Below are positions 10,754 to 20,536 of a DNA stretch of 64,000 nucleotides, in pieces. The notes under the pieces were generated by a model that was not told where the DNA came from, searched no databases, and was given only the letters and a program-made list of their open reading frames with translations. The stretch spans positions 384,001 through 448,000 of the forward strand of contig JABCTZ010000036.1 in NCBI GenBank assembly GCA_018238155.1. Direction: 5' to 3'. How positions within the stretch are numbered: position 1 is the first letter of the stretch; the number at the start of each line of letters is the position of its first letter. The position numbers were made by a program, and so were the translations under genes. Source of the stretch: Candidatus Heimdallarchaeota archaeon. Lineage in GTDB: Archaea; Asgardarchaeota; Heimdallarchaeia; JABLTI01.

Positions 10754-10982
10754 TAAATATCTAATGGGTAGCATTTCTTTGACAAGCATTGATATGGAAA
10801 TTTCTTCACCTCGACATTTATTTGAGATTCTTAAAACTATATCAGAGCTGTTTTGTAAGTTATCTCTTCTAGAAGATAAATTTGAAATTGAAATGAATAA
10901 ACATAATGTACCAGAAGATAATAGAATTGCAGTGCATTATCACATGGTGAGTGGAGAAATAGCTGAATTCAAATTCGAATAA
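10704..10982 (+). CDS. Small hypothetical protein overlapping the nitrilase 3' end
   Basis: 92-aa ORF with no recognisable motif. Confidence 0.35.
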   Translation: MENTEKIVLDGKKLLNNKYLMGSISLTSIDMEISSPRHLFEILKTISELFCKLSLLEDKFEIEMNKHNVPEDNRIAVHYHMVSGEIAEFKFE

Positions 10983-11072
10983 TAGTAATAAAATTCACAA
11001 AAAAAGGATTTTTTCAGCTAAAATTCAAAGAGTTGAATATTAAAGATTTATAGAAGGAACAAGATATTTTTT

Positions 11073-11228
11073 ATTAAATATGCAGAATATAATGTATGGA
11101 CAGGAGATAATACAAGAGACATTTTAAGCAATCTTTCGAATGAAGAATATTTACTAGATTTATGTGTGCCACCATTTACAGATAGAATAAACACAATACA
11201 AAATCTAATGAAATTCATTCCTTTGTAG
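11073..11228 (+). pseudogene. Possible DinB/YfiT-family gene remnant
   Basis: Start-less frame IKYAEYNVWTGDNTRDILSNLSNEEYLLDL...TIQNL resembles the DinB N-terminus (YNxWAN..L..L..L+.EE). It ends at TAG 11226-11228. Confidence 0.3.
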
Positions 11229-11250
11229 ACTTAGCAATGAAATACCAATT

Positions 11251-12585
11251 TCAATTTGTTTGAATTTTTATTTTAATACCTAACTTTACTAATTTTCTAA
11301 AGAAGAATTTTTCTACTTCGGGTTCTTCTACTGTTCTAGAGAAATTAATAATAAATTTATCATTAAAACTAATAATTGCGCAACCTGTAGTAATTGTAGA
11401 ACTAGGTGCAAGAATGAAGTCGAAATCTTCTATTTCATTTGCAAAAGCTTCCGGCATGGTCACTCTTCCAATATTGCTCAGTTTTCCTGAATTTTGTTTT
11501 TCGCCCATTTTTTCAAAAATAATCTTACCAAATAATTTCTTGATAAAAAGAGGAACGAACCGTATATACGGATAGTATTCACCCCTTACATTTCGAGAAA
11601 TATATTTTTTAAGATCTCTTTTTGCAGCGTCTTTTCTCAATGTGTGATGTATGATATTTGTTATCTCATCAAAACTATGTTTGCCCAATTGAGGATCTAT
11701 ACCAGGAGTAACCATGAAACTGAAATTTCTCATAGTTTTGGAAGGAAATGGATTTCTAAGATTTACTGGGACAGCTATTCTAATTGGTTTCATATATTTC
11801 TTTCTTTTTTCTGTAGGGATGTTAAACAGTGTATCTTGAAGTGCTTCAATGTATATACTGGTTAGTAATTCTGTTATTGAAATCTTCATAGCTCGAGCCA
11901 CTTGTAAGAGTTGTTTAACAGACATTGTAGCAGAAATGATATGAAATACTCCTGTTTCTACTTTTGTAAAAGGAGTTTTATAACCGGCTCCATTTACTTG
12001 AGGATTTGGCAGATTTTTTCCATAATTGCTTTTGTAAGAATCATCATATTCCTCAGGATGAGGTGCTTGCTTATATCTAAACAAATCATCCCAATCGTTT
12101 GTTCTCACCCCTCGTAAGAAAAGGTAATCTGCAATCAATGCTCGCAAGAAAGTTATTCCACCTAAACCATCTGTTAAACAATGATGAAATTCTATTGCTA
12201 TTCTGTTATAGTAAGCTTTTACTCTAAACAGAAAAGTACCTGCTTTGTGAACTGGCATGAATTGAGCGGGATATTTTGTCTCTGCATGAATCCTTGGAGA
12301 ATTTCGGTTTTCTTCAAAGTAACTCCAAAATAAACCTGTTTTTAATGTTACATTGAAATAAGGAAATCGTTCCATCATTCTGTTAAGAGACATTTGCAAG
12401 TCTGCTAAATTCACACGTTCTTTTAGTGTACATGAGACTCGAAAAATATTCGTTGATCGTTTAGATTTCATCAAACTAAAAATAGTTGCTGCATTATCTA
12501 ATCTGTACCATTGATTTGTAAATATTCTCTTCTGAGGTAATTTAGCCATTTTATTCTCAGAATATGGTTGATTTACTTTGGACAA
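11251..12585 (-). CDS. Stand-alone CoA-dependent acyltransferase (alcohol acetyltransferase / condensation-domain fold)
   Basis: WYRLDNAATIF, catalytic HHxxxDG (EFHHCLTDGLGG), PVNLRNPFPSKTMRNF and LSNIG motifs. Confidence 0.8.
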   Translation of the reverse strand: MSKVNQPYSENKMAKLPQKRIFTNQWYRLDNAATIFSLMKSKRSTNIFRVSCTLKERVNLADLQMSLNRMMERFPYFNVTLKTGLFWSYFEENRNSPRIHAETKYPAQFMPVHKAGTFLFRVKAYYNRIAIEFHHCLTDGLGGITFLRALIADYLFLRGVRTNDWDDLFRYKQAPHPEEYDDSYKSNYGKNLPNPQVNGAGYKTPFTKVETGVFHIISATMSVKQLLQVARAMKISITELLTSIYIEALQDTLFNIPTEKRKKYMKPIRIAVPVNLRNPFPSKTMRNFSFMVTPGIDPQLGKHSFDEITNIIHHTLRKDAAKRDLKKYISRNVRGEYYPYIRFVPLFIKKLFGKIIFEKMGEKQNSGKLSNIGRVTMPEAFANEIEDFDFILAPSSTITTGCAIISFNDKFIINFSRTVEEPEVEKFFFRKLVKLGIKIKIQTN

Positions 12586-12803
12586 TAATGAAACTACCTA
12601 TTAAGTTTAAGATTATGCTTTCTTGCATTTAATAAGTATTAAATTTTGCTATTTATTACATCATAGAAAGCGGCAATTTTTATTAGAAAATAAAGTCTTC
12701 TTTACTTTTTTTCAGATTTACATTGAATACGGAGTTTGCTTAGCTTATATTTGTCTATTTTATAGATTAGTTTTATTAGTTTCTTTTCATAATAATAGAT
12801 ATT

Positions 12804-13460
12804 ATGAATCGTAAATGGAAAATAGTGATTATTGTTTTCACAATAATTATTATTATCATTGGTAGTATTATGGGAATAATTGTTCTTCTAAATTTACCTG
12901 ATGGAGGTTTGCCATTACCAAATAATCCTCCTGGAGCACCGATTCTATTATTTCCTGTTGAAAACACAGGTGTATTGATAACGCTAGATGCTTTCATCTG
13001 GGACAATGTATCTGGGTTTGTACATAATGGTATTGATTTTGGTATTAATGATACTGCAACAATAATTGCTTCTTGCAATATGACTTGTAATGATAAGAAT
13101 TTGTTTTACAATGATCTAGGGGATCATTGGCAAGCCGGTGCATCATTTACAATTAATGAGGACTATGAATTGTTTATTGCTTTCGAATCTTTTGCTGAGA
13201 ATGAAACCTTTGGAAATATTCAGCTTGAAGCTATTTTGGTTGAAATTGGGCAAGAAGTCACTCGAGGAGAATTGGTAGGTTATTTATTATATCATCGAGC
13301 TGGAGCTCACATACACTTTATGTTACAAAAAAATAATGAACCTGTATGTCCCTATCAGTATTTTAGTGCAGAAGCGAAAACAATTTTTGATGGTCTTTGG
13401 GGACAAATAGGTACTAGTGGTAATCCATGCAATGGTACTTCATTGCTATGTTCTCATTAG
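12804..13460 (+). CDS. Membrane-anchored M23-like (LytM-fold) metallopeptidase
   Basis: N-terminal TM helix, HNGIDF (HxxxD), VEIGQEVTRGELVG, HIHF (HxH) and EPVCPYQY. Confidence 0.6.
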   Translation: MNRKWKIVIIVFTIIIIIIGSIMGIIVLLNLPDGGLPLPNNPPGAPILLFPVENTGVLITLDAFIWDNVSGFVHNGIDFGINDTATIIASCNMTCNDKNLFYNDLGDHWQAGASFTINEDYELFIAFESFAENETFGNIQLEAILVEIGQEVTRGELVGYLLYHRAGAHIHFMLQKNNEPVCPYQYFSAEAKTIFDGLWGQIGTSGNPCNGTSLLCSH

Positions 13461-13674
13461 ATATTTTTGCTTTTACCAATCTTTTCATTTTATCTATGCA
13501 ACAACATATTTTATCTATGAGTTACCTAATAAATTAGTTAAAAACTTTCAAAAGAAATAGTTAATGATAATTTCCTCAAAGAAATAATAAAGAGAATAAT
13601 ATAGAGATAGTAAATCAACTAATTAACAAACTAATAAGTAAAATTCGTTATCATATTTTGGAGTACGTGTTCAA

Positions 13675-14280
13675 ATGCAAAGAGTAAAGTTCGGGAAGAA
13701 AGTTAGAAAATTTATTGCAGAAATTATACCAATTACATATTCAAAAGACATTTCAACCTATTTTGAAGAAATAGAAGAATTTCGAAAACTAGCACTAAAA
13801 ATACCTGATCAAGAACAAGAGAAATATGAGCAATACTTTGCAAAACATATGACCCATCAAATCAATTTAGTGCAAATCAATCAAAGAAAAATTGAGATGA
13901 AACATAGAGATTGTGTTCATGGTACAAGTAAACAATCTGCGAAATTTAATTCATTGTTAGCTGATCCAAAACTAAAACAGCACATGAGAATATTTTATCA
14001 AAGAGAATATCTGAAAATTTTGAATCCAATGTACTTTCTTGAGCAACTCAAAGAAAATTACAGTAAATATGTTGAAGTTTTGGAAATAACTCAAGCAGAA
14101 TTCAGTGAATGGTTTTTCTTGGGTAGATCTGATTATTTGAAGCAATTATTGCAACCATATATTATCGAGAATAAGCCTTCTGCAAAAGAAAAAGAAATTT
14201 GGATCTATAGAAAGCATACTCAAGAATTAAATCCTGAACGAAAGAAAAAGATGTATGAAAAAGCAGGATTAAATCAATGA
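13675..14280 (+). CDS. Hypothetical protein
   Basis: 201-aa ORF with GGAG upstream and no recognisable motif. Confidence 0.55.
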   Translation: MQRVKFGKKVRKFIAEIIPITYSKDISTYFEEIEEFRKLALKIPDQEQEKYEQYFAKHMTHQINLVQINQRKIEMKHRDCVHGTSKQSAKFNSLLADPKLKQHMRIFYQREYLKILNPMYFLEQLKENYSKYVEVLEITQAEFSEWFFLGRSDYLKQLLQPYIIENKPSAKEKEIWIYRKHTQELNPERKKKMYEKAGLNQ

Positions 14281-14324
14281 AAAAATGTTCTGTTTTCTTT
14301 GTTTAAGCTTTTCAAAGAAAACAA

Positions 14325-15647
14325 TCAATCACCTTTTTCAGCTGGAAGAACAACTTTTTCTGGAGTACTCATCGAATCTTTTCCAAAGACAATGAAAAAC
14401 ACTGTACCGATTATACCAAAAGCTCCCGCGACAAGGAAATTTACCCGTGGACCAACATCTGTTCCAATATTCCATAAAAATGCTCCACCAAAAGCAGCGG
14501 CTGAAACAACCAAATCTCTAATGAGATAATATGTACCAAAAGTGTTTGCTTTCGCATCTTCTGGAGCAAGCTCCATAATCAATGCTTTTCTTGTAGGTTC
14601 ACCAAATTCCTTCAAACCACGAATGACAAAAGCAATTACAAAGAACCAAAATGATTTGCAGAAAATAAGTATAAATGGAAAAGCGGTAAAGAAGATGAAG
14701 GTTGTCACTACAAAAGGCTTCTTTCTATACCTGTCTGCAAAATATGCAACTGGAATATAAATTAGTACAGCAGTTACCATTTCAATTGTTGTTAAAACTC
14801 CAAATTGGATGGTTGTTAATCCATGTGTGTTTACTGCCCAGATGACTACAAAAGCATAAGGGATCTGTTCGGCAAAACGTATCAATATATCCGATATTAA
14901 CAAATACCATAAACTTGAGGGGATGTTTCGGATGGATCGTATCAATTTAATTGGCTTTTTGTCTTTTTTTTCTGGTTCCTTCACCAAAAACCATTGTAAA
15001 ATTGTTGCAACAACAGCTAATCCTATGGCGATTCCAAATGCAATTCGTAATCCCAATATAGTTCCGAATGCATAGATTAGCATTCCACCAAAAATAGGTC
15101 CAAGTGCCATTGGCAATCTTCTGATGAGTGAATGTACTGTTACCCCCATAGTTTGTTTTCTCTTTGGGATGATTTTTGAAATCATGCTCATAATAGCAGG
15201 TAAAGAGATAGCTGTCCAAGAAATAAAAAGCACCGCACCAACAAGTACTGCCCACCAATAAGGAACAAACAAAACAATGCTATAACCTGTTATAGCCATA
15301 ATATTGAATACAACTAGCGCTTTTTTGTAACCAATTTTATCACTTAGAAAACCTCCCGGAAATGAATAGAGTGATGATAAGAGGTTATCCATGCCATTAA
15401 GAAAACCAACAGCGAGTATTCCTCCACCCATTGATATTAGATAGAGAGGGAGAAAACGTTCAGCCATTTTTTCACCCATTCCAACTAAGATAACTACACC
15501 AAGTAATGTAAGCATGCTTGGTTTAAAGAAAGAAGACCATCCCTTTTCTTTAGGATGTTCAGGTGGATCTGGAGTATCAAAAGCTTCATCATGTAATTTA
15601 GATTGTTCTTCTGTTAGAGTATCCTCTGGCAATTTTTGAGAGACCAT
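14325..15647 (-). CDS. MFS transporter
   Basis: About 12 hydrophobic segments and MFS motif A (GGFLSDKIGYKK, FADRYRKK). Confidence 0.9.
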   Translation of the reverse strand: MVSQKLPEDTLTEEQSKLHDEAFDTPDPPEHPKEKGWSSFFKPSMLTLLGVVILVGMGEKMAERFLPLYLISMGGGILAVGFLNGMDNLLSSLYSFPGGFLSDKIGYKKALVVFNIMAITGYSIVLFVPYWWAVLVGAVLFISWTAISLPAIMSMISKIIPKRKQTMGVTVHSLIRRLPMALGPIFGGMLIYAFGTILGLRIAFGIAIGLAVVATILQWFLVKEPEKKDKKPIKLIRSIRNIPSSLWYLLISDILIRFAEQIPYAFVVIWAVNTHGLTTIQFGVLTTIEMVTAVLIYIPVAYFADRYRKKPFVVTTFIFFTAFPFILIFCKSFWFFVIAFVIRGLKEFGEPTRKALIMELAPEDAKANTFGTYYLIRDLVVSAAAFGGAFLWNIGTDVGPRVNFLVAGAFGIIGTVFFIVFGKDSMSTPEKVVLPAEKGD

Positions 15648-15685
15648 ACTGAATCAAATCGGAATTCTTTATTGAAGATATAAAA

Positions 15686-16189
15686 TTATTCTTTCCTAAC
15701 AATACGAATCCTGCCGTTCAATTTTGGTCGTTCTTCGGGGTATTTTGTTTGAGAACGAGAATCTTCTCCAGCAATTCTGCTTATTGCCCAACAAGCCCAA
15801 TCACGAACTCGAGTGTTTTCATCTTTTGAAGCTTGGTGAAGAACAGGCATAGCTGTAATCGCTGTTTTATCTAATTCGCCTAACATTACTGCTGCATGGC
15901 TACGAAATTCTTTACTATCATCCCGTTTCAAAATATCAATTAATATTGGAACCAATTGACTATTTTTTTCACCTAATTCACCTAAAGAAAGAGCAGCCCA
16001 TTTTCTCACGTCCCAATTATTATCAGTTAAAGAATCAACAAGAGCTTTTCTTATGTTTTTGTCCTTTTTCCCCAATGTCCCAAGCATGTAAGCTGCAACA
16101 GCACGTGATTTAGTATCGCCAGTTTTCAAATCTTTAAGATATCCTTTGATTTCTTCACGACTTGTTTTGATACTATCTTGTCCTACCAT
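15686..16189 (-). CDS. HEAT/PBS-lyase repeat protein
   Basis: Repeated VRKWAALSLGELG / FRSHAAVMLGEL / VRDWACWAISRI. AGGTGA RBS. Confidence 0.85.
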   Translation of the reverse strand: MVGQDSIKTSREEIKGYLKDLKTGDTKSRAVAAYMLGTLGKKDKNIRKALVDSLTDNNWDVRKWAALSLGELGEKNSQLVPILIDILKRDDSKEFRSHAAVMLGELDKTAITAMPVLHQASKDENTRVRDWACWAISRIAGEDSRSQTKYPEERPKLNGRIRIVRKE

Positions 16190-16541
16190 TTTTTCACCTT
16201 ACAACAAAAATATACTATGTCTTTCCAATAATTATTCTCTAATGTAATTAAAAAAATAGCGGTTGCGTATTTAAACTCAAAACATCAGATTAACCATTCA
16301 GACAAAAAATAAAATAGACGGTTTGTTGGACTTGTACTAATTATGCCAAATTTCTAACACTTCTAGTTGATATCATTGTGAGTGAGCTATGTTCGTATAT
16401 AATAATAGAATCCGATGTAGTTTTGATATTCAAGAAATAATCTTACTATGTTTCACAAGAATATCATACTCGATGGAGTCTATGCTAAACATCACATACT
16501 TGCAAACGATCTAGTTTAAGATAAGAATTGGTTATCCGTTG

Positions 16542-17024
16542 TTACTTAATGGTTGAATACTTTGTTAACATAGCATTATATCCTTGAATGCTTTCTTCAG
16601 CTATGGTACTATCTTCTAACCATGATTTTATGTGAACTAGTCGTGTTGCTATCCAGGAGAAATCTTCAACATCAAAAGCAAGAGCTAGTTCCCATTCGGT
16701 AGCTGTTAAATGAGCTTGGTTCACTTTTTCAGCTTCTGAAAAAAGTAGGTTTGCACTTATCTTAAACCCCATTTTTTTCAGTTCATTTAATTCAATAATT
16801 TCATGTATTAGTAACCACTTTGATTGTAAAACATTATCAAGTGTGATTGTATCTCCTGAAGGTGCTTCTCCTTCGAAATAATCAATTAATTCTTGAGTAT
16901 AAATTTCTTCTATTAGATAACTGTTTTTCAATAGAAGTGTACGAAAAAGATTAATTTTTTTCTGAATTTCAACAAGAGCATTTTTGTTGTTGAGATGATT
17001 TGAAGCTACCAATATTAACAACAA
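16542..17024 (-). CDS. Hypothetical protein (HExxE...H motif, possibly metal-binding)
   Basis: LLIHEIIELNEL...AHLTATEWE. Start codon uncertain. Confidence 0.5.
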   Translation of the reverse strand: MLLILVASNHLNNKNALVEIQKKINLFRTLLLKNSYLIEEIYTQELIDYFEGEAPSGDTITLDNVLQSKWLLIHEIIELNELKKMGFKISANLLFSEAEKVNQAHLTATEWELALAFDVEDFSWIATRLVHIKSWLEDSTIAEESIQGYNAMLTKYSTIK

Positions 17025-17248
17025 AGTAATGATTTACGAGTCAATTAAAATAATTATTGGTGAATGAATATGGTTGGTAAAATGTTTATTGAGATACGCC
17101 ATCTTTCTCTTTTGTACAACAATTAGTAAACATAAAACTTACGCTGAAAAAATATTTATCGAAATAAGTTCGACAAAATTAATTTTCACTTTGCAACTAT
17201 AGTAACATAGATATTTGATTATTGAAAGCTATGCGTTAGTAAGTTACG

Positions 17249-18358
17249 GTGAGAATAAAATTGACTGAGAAGAAACGATATTCTTTATTGTGCCCACATT
17301 GTAAGGATAACATCGCATTTGAATTAAGTGTAGAAGAATTAGAAAAAAGCTATTCTGGAGAAACGGCAAAAATATCTCTCGCAACACATGGAAGCCCTGA
17401 ACATACTGTAGATGTTTATATTGATCGTGATGGGCTAATACGTTCTGCTTTTGCAAATTTCGCTTCAATTGAAACCAAGGTTTCTCTACAGAATACCTAT
17501 ATTACAGATGCAACAAGTGAACTCAATCCTCAAGAAGGACTAGCAATTGGAGTCAAAGTTGTCCCTTATACTGTTACTATTGGTGATAGCTCACCGAAAA
17601 AATATAATGAAGAAGTATTTTTTTCGGAAGTTTACGATGGGTTGAAATCTGATAAAAGAGTTAAAAGTCAACCTGTTTCTGTTGAGTCATTTTTAGAAGC
17701 TTTCAAAACATCTCCACGCGATAAGCCTGTGATTACTGTAACTGTTAGTATGAAGTACAGTGAAGGATATGCTAACGCTGTCAAAGCTAAGAAAATCCTC
17801 GCAAAGGAAGACCCCTCTTTTGCCAAAAATATCCACATTGTTGATTCAAAAACAACTGGGCCAATGATGAAATTAATGGTGAAAAAAGCTCTTTCTTTGG
17901 ATGAAGAAGGGCAAAGTGTCTCTGAAATAATTGAATACTTGAATTGGATACGCGAAAAACATTTAACTTATATTTATGTTGATTCATTGAGTGCTCTTCG
18001 AAAAAGCGAACGTGTTGGTCGTGTGACATCATTTTTTGGTAATTTACTTGGTTTAAAACCTGTCATTATTGAGAATGAAAACAATAATGGAGAACTTAAA
18101 CCTTTTAAAACTGTTCGTAGTAAGAAAGCTGCTATTAAAGAAATTGTTAAAGCAATTAGAGAACAATTTGGTTATGTAGAACTTGTTGGAGTAATTATTT
18201 ATGGTATCATTATTGATGATGCATTAGAAATGCAAGAGATGCTTAAAGAAGATTCAAGAACTGAAGATAATGACTTTACAATGGATTTCATTGGTACTGG
18301 AGTCGCAATGCATCTGAGCTATGATGTTCTTGGTATCTCTCTCTATCCTAAATTATGA
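17249..18358 (+). CDS. DegV/FakB-family fatty-acid-binding protein with an extra N-terminal CxxC/His module
   Basis: YITDATSEL, KSQPVS, IHIVDSKT, VDSLSALRKSERVGR, LGLKPVI and VAMHLS match DegV. N-terminal CPHC...HGSPEH..VYID. Confidence 0.85.
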   Translation: MRIKLTEKKRYSLLCPHCKDNIAFELSVEELEKSYSGETAKISLATHGSPEHTVDVYIDRDGLIRSAFANFASIETKVSLQNTYITDATSELNPQEGLAIGVKVVPYTVTIGDSSPKKYNEEVFFSEVYDGLKSDKRVKSQPVSVESFLEAFKTSPRDKPVITVTVSMKYSEGYANAVKAKKILAKEDPSFAKNIHIVDSKTTGPMMKLMVKKALSLDEEGQSVSEIIEYLNWIREKHLTYIYVDSLSALRKSERVGRVTSFFGNLLGLKPVIIENENNNGELKPFKTVRSKKAAIKEIVKAIREQFGYVELVGVIIYGIIIDDALEMQEMLKEDSRTEDNDFTMDFIGTGVAMHLSYDVLGISLYPKL

Positions 18359-18547
18359 TTCTTCTTCAACGTTGTTAATAGAAGAATCTTTTTCCTTTTC
18401 TTTTTTTAAATTAAGGATAACTTGCTTTGCTTACCATTTTTTGAGGAAAAGTAAATCATCACTTTATTTTTGTTGATAACTATTTATAGTTTTTAACAAA
18501 CTAACGTACTATTTTATGTGTATAGAATCTCTCTGGAGATAAAATTA

Positions 18548-18619
18548 ATGTCAACAAGTACTGAATTTGATGCCGTTATTGAACTACCTAAAAAAGGTTA
18601 TAGGGGGAGGGAGGCCTAA
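18548..18619 (+). CDS. Possible 23-aa small ORF (MSTSTEFDAVIELPKKGYRGREA)
   Basis: GGAGAT at 18535-18540 lies 7 nt before the ATG. TTTATA-like element upstream. Otherwise empty intergenic region. Confidence 0.3.
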   Translation: MSTSTEFDAVIELPKKGYRGREA

Positions 18620-18798
18620 TAACCGTGTAAAAAAGAAAAAAGTTTTCTATTTTGGTCACTAGGCTGAACTTATTTTATACTCATATAATAAAAAGCTTTT
18701 GTCGATTACATAAAAGCAATTTTTGCTTTACTTTCTACTTATATAAATAAGTTCTTGATTAAGTTTCTATTTTTTTATTGTTCTAAATAGAATTATGT

Positions 18799-19962
18799 TT
18801 AAACTTTTCGTCGAGAGATACGTATAAATTCCTCAGTATCACCACATACAGGGCAACCTTTTTCCTTTAACACTTCAATATTTTTTGTTTCCAATGTTAA
18901 CCCTACTTCTGTGATATGTCCATTTTTACATTGATATTCTCTAATAGTGGGATTTAATTCACCCGTATAGATCTTCCCACTAAAATCTAAAGTGATCAAT
19001 GATTTTGAGCTATCAGTTGTCGATAAAATACTGATATAAGTGGTGTTTCCGTGCATTTCAGCACCTTCATATAAATTGAAACCCGGTATTAATTGTTGAA
19101 TTGCTAATCCTAGTTTTGTTAATGAGTTTTGAACTTCTAATTGTATTTTAGGTGGGCGATGAGCATAAGCTAGGTAGATCTTTCTTCCTGATTCATCTTT
19201 TAACCCTTGAATTGCTCTGGAAAGAAATAATTCTAATCCGGGAATAGTGTACGGTGGATCTGTAAGAACTACATCAAATCTATTCGTCAAATCTTCAGCA
19301 AGCGATTTACGTAAATCATGTGTTACACAATTAATATGGAAATTGTTTTCTTCTGAGATTTCTTTTATCACTTTTAACAATCTGGTATCAATATCTAAAA
19401 CAGTGATTTTTGCATTTGTTTTTAGCTGAGCAATTGCTAGAGATGTAAAATCATCATCTCCAATTAATAGTATCTCTCTACCTTCAAGATCATTGTTTTC
19501 TAACATCAAATAAGCTCGGCGAATTGCTGTTATTGGTCTACCAAAAGCTTGATCAATTTCTGTTTGAGGTTTTGGTCTTCGCTCAGAAAAGATTCTTTGT
19601 TTAGCAATCAATTTTTCAGCTTCATGTGGGAGTGCAAGACCGGTACTGTCACATTTTTTACAGCTGTGGCTTTCAAGGTAATTAATGCCTAATACATCAT
19701 TAACAAAAATTAATCCTCTTTTGGTTAAAATAGCCCCTTTTTTTTCACGACTAATTAAATTAACTTTTTCTAATTCTTTTCTTATTGCAGCTATAGTTGG
19801 TATGGGCATTTTTATCTTTCTTGAGAGGCTTTTGGTTCCGATTGTACCACTAAGGAAAATTTCACGTAAAATGGCTCTAATTGCTTCCTTTCCTTCAAAT
19901 ACATTTGCTTTTTCAGCGATTTCATTTAATACTTCATCAGGATCATTAGTAATATTTGACAT
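18799..19962 (-). CDS. bpsA: Branched-chain polyamine synthase (N4-bis(aminopropyl)spermidine synthase) with N-terminal wHTH and C-terminal Zn ribbon
   Basis: RP.P...IDQA, NDLEGREILLIGDDDFTSLA, VLDIDTRLL, HDLRKSL and FDVVLTDPPYT are the BpsA motif set. Confidence 0.85.
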   Translation of the reverse strand: MSNITNDPDEVLNEIAEKANVFEGKEAIRAILREIFLSGTIGTKSLSRKIKMPIPTIAAIRKELEKVNLISREKKGAILTKRGLIFVNDVLGINYLESHSCKKCDSTGLALPHEAEKLIAKQRIFSERRPKPQTEIDQAFGRPITAIRRAYLMLENNDLEGREILLIGDDDFTSLAIAQLKTNAKITVLDIDTRLLKVIKEISEENNFHINCVTHDLRKSLAEDLTNRFDVVLTDPPYTIPGLELFLSRAIQGLKDESGRKIYLAYAHRPPKIQLEVQNSLTKLGLAIQQLIPGFNLYEGAEMHGNTTYISILSTTDSSKSLITLDFSGKIYTGELNPTIREYQCKNGHITEVGLTLETKNIEVLKEKGCPVCGDTEEFIRISRRKV

Positions 19963-19978
19963 TGAAATTTCCCATCTT

Positions 19979-20362
19979 TCATTTAATTTCCCTTGGCAAT
20001 TCTTTCAATTCAAAAGATTCAGGCTTCAATTCTGCCTTAATATATTCCCAAGCAACATAAGGATCTAAGGACTCACCACAGAGGAAAATGTCTAGGGCAG
20101 CGAAATTAAATTCTGGCCAAGTATGAAGTGAGATATGTGTTTCTTTCAGGATAACCACTACACTACAACCTAAAGGAGAAAATCTGTGAACTGATGCTTG
20201 AAGAACATGTGCTCCGGCTTTTTTTGCCGCTTCTGTTATTAATGTTAGAATTGCTGTTTCATTGTTTAGATCTGATTGACATTTATATAGATCAATTAAT
20301 AGTTGATTTACTTTCAATGGTTCTTTCAATGGGTATTTTTTTATTTCTTCTTTGGGCATCAA
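19979..20362 (-). CDS. speD: S-adenosylmethionine decarboxylase proenzyme (class 1B, SpeH-type), with Thr at the processing site
   Basis: HRFSPLG, ETHISLHTWPE and LDIFLCG motifs. Ends 16 nt upstream of bpsA on the same strand. Confidence 0.85.
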   Translation of the reverse strand: MMPKEEIKKYPLKEPLKVNQLLIDLYKCQSDLNNETAILTLITEAAKKAGAHVLQASVHRFSPLGCSVVVILKETHISLHTWPEFNFAALDIFLCGESLDPYVAWEYIKAELKPESFELKELPREIK

Positions 20363-20536
20363 ATTTTTTCTCCAATTTACTTGTTTTAGTTTGTAAAAAA
20401 TGACAATATTAATGTATGTTTCCTTTGATTAATTTATTTTCATAGATAAAAGTAATAAAAAATATAGCTTCTTGTTCCATTAAATATAATTAGAATAAAG
20501 AGGTATTAAAATAACTATAGGAGAATGATTTAAACT

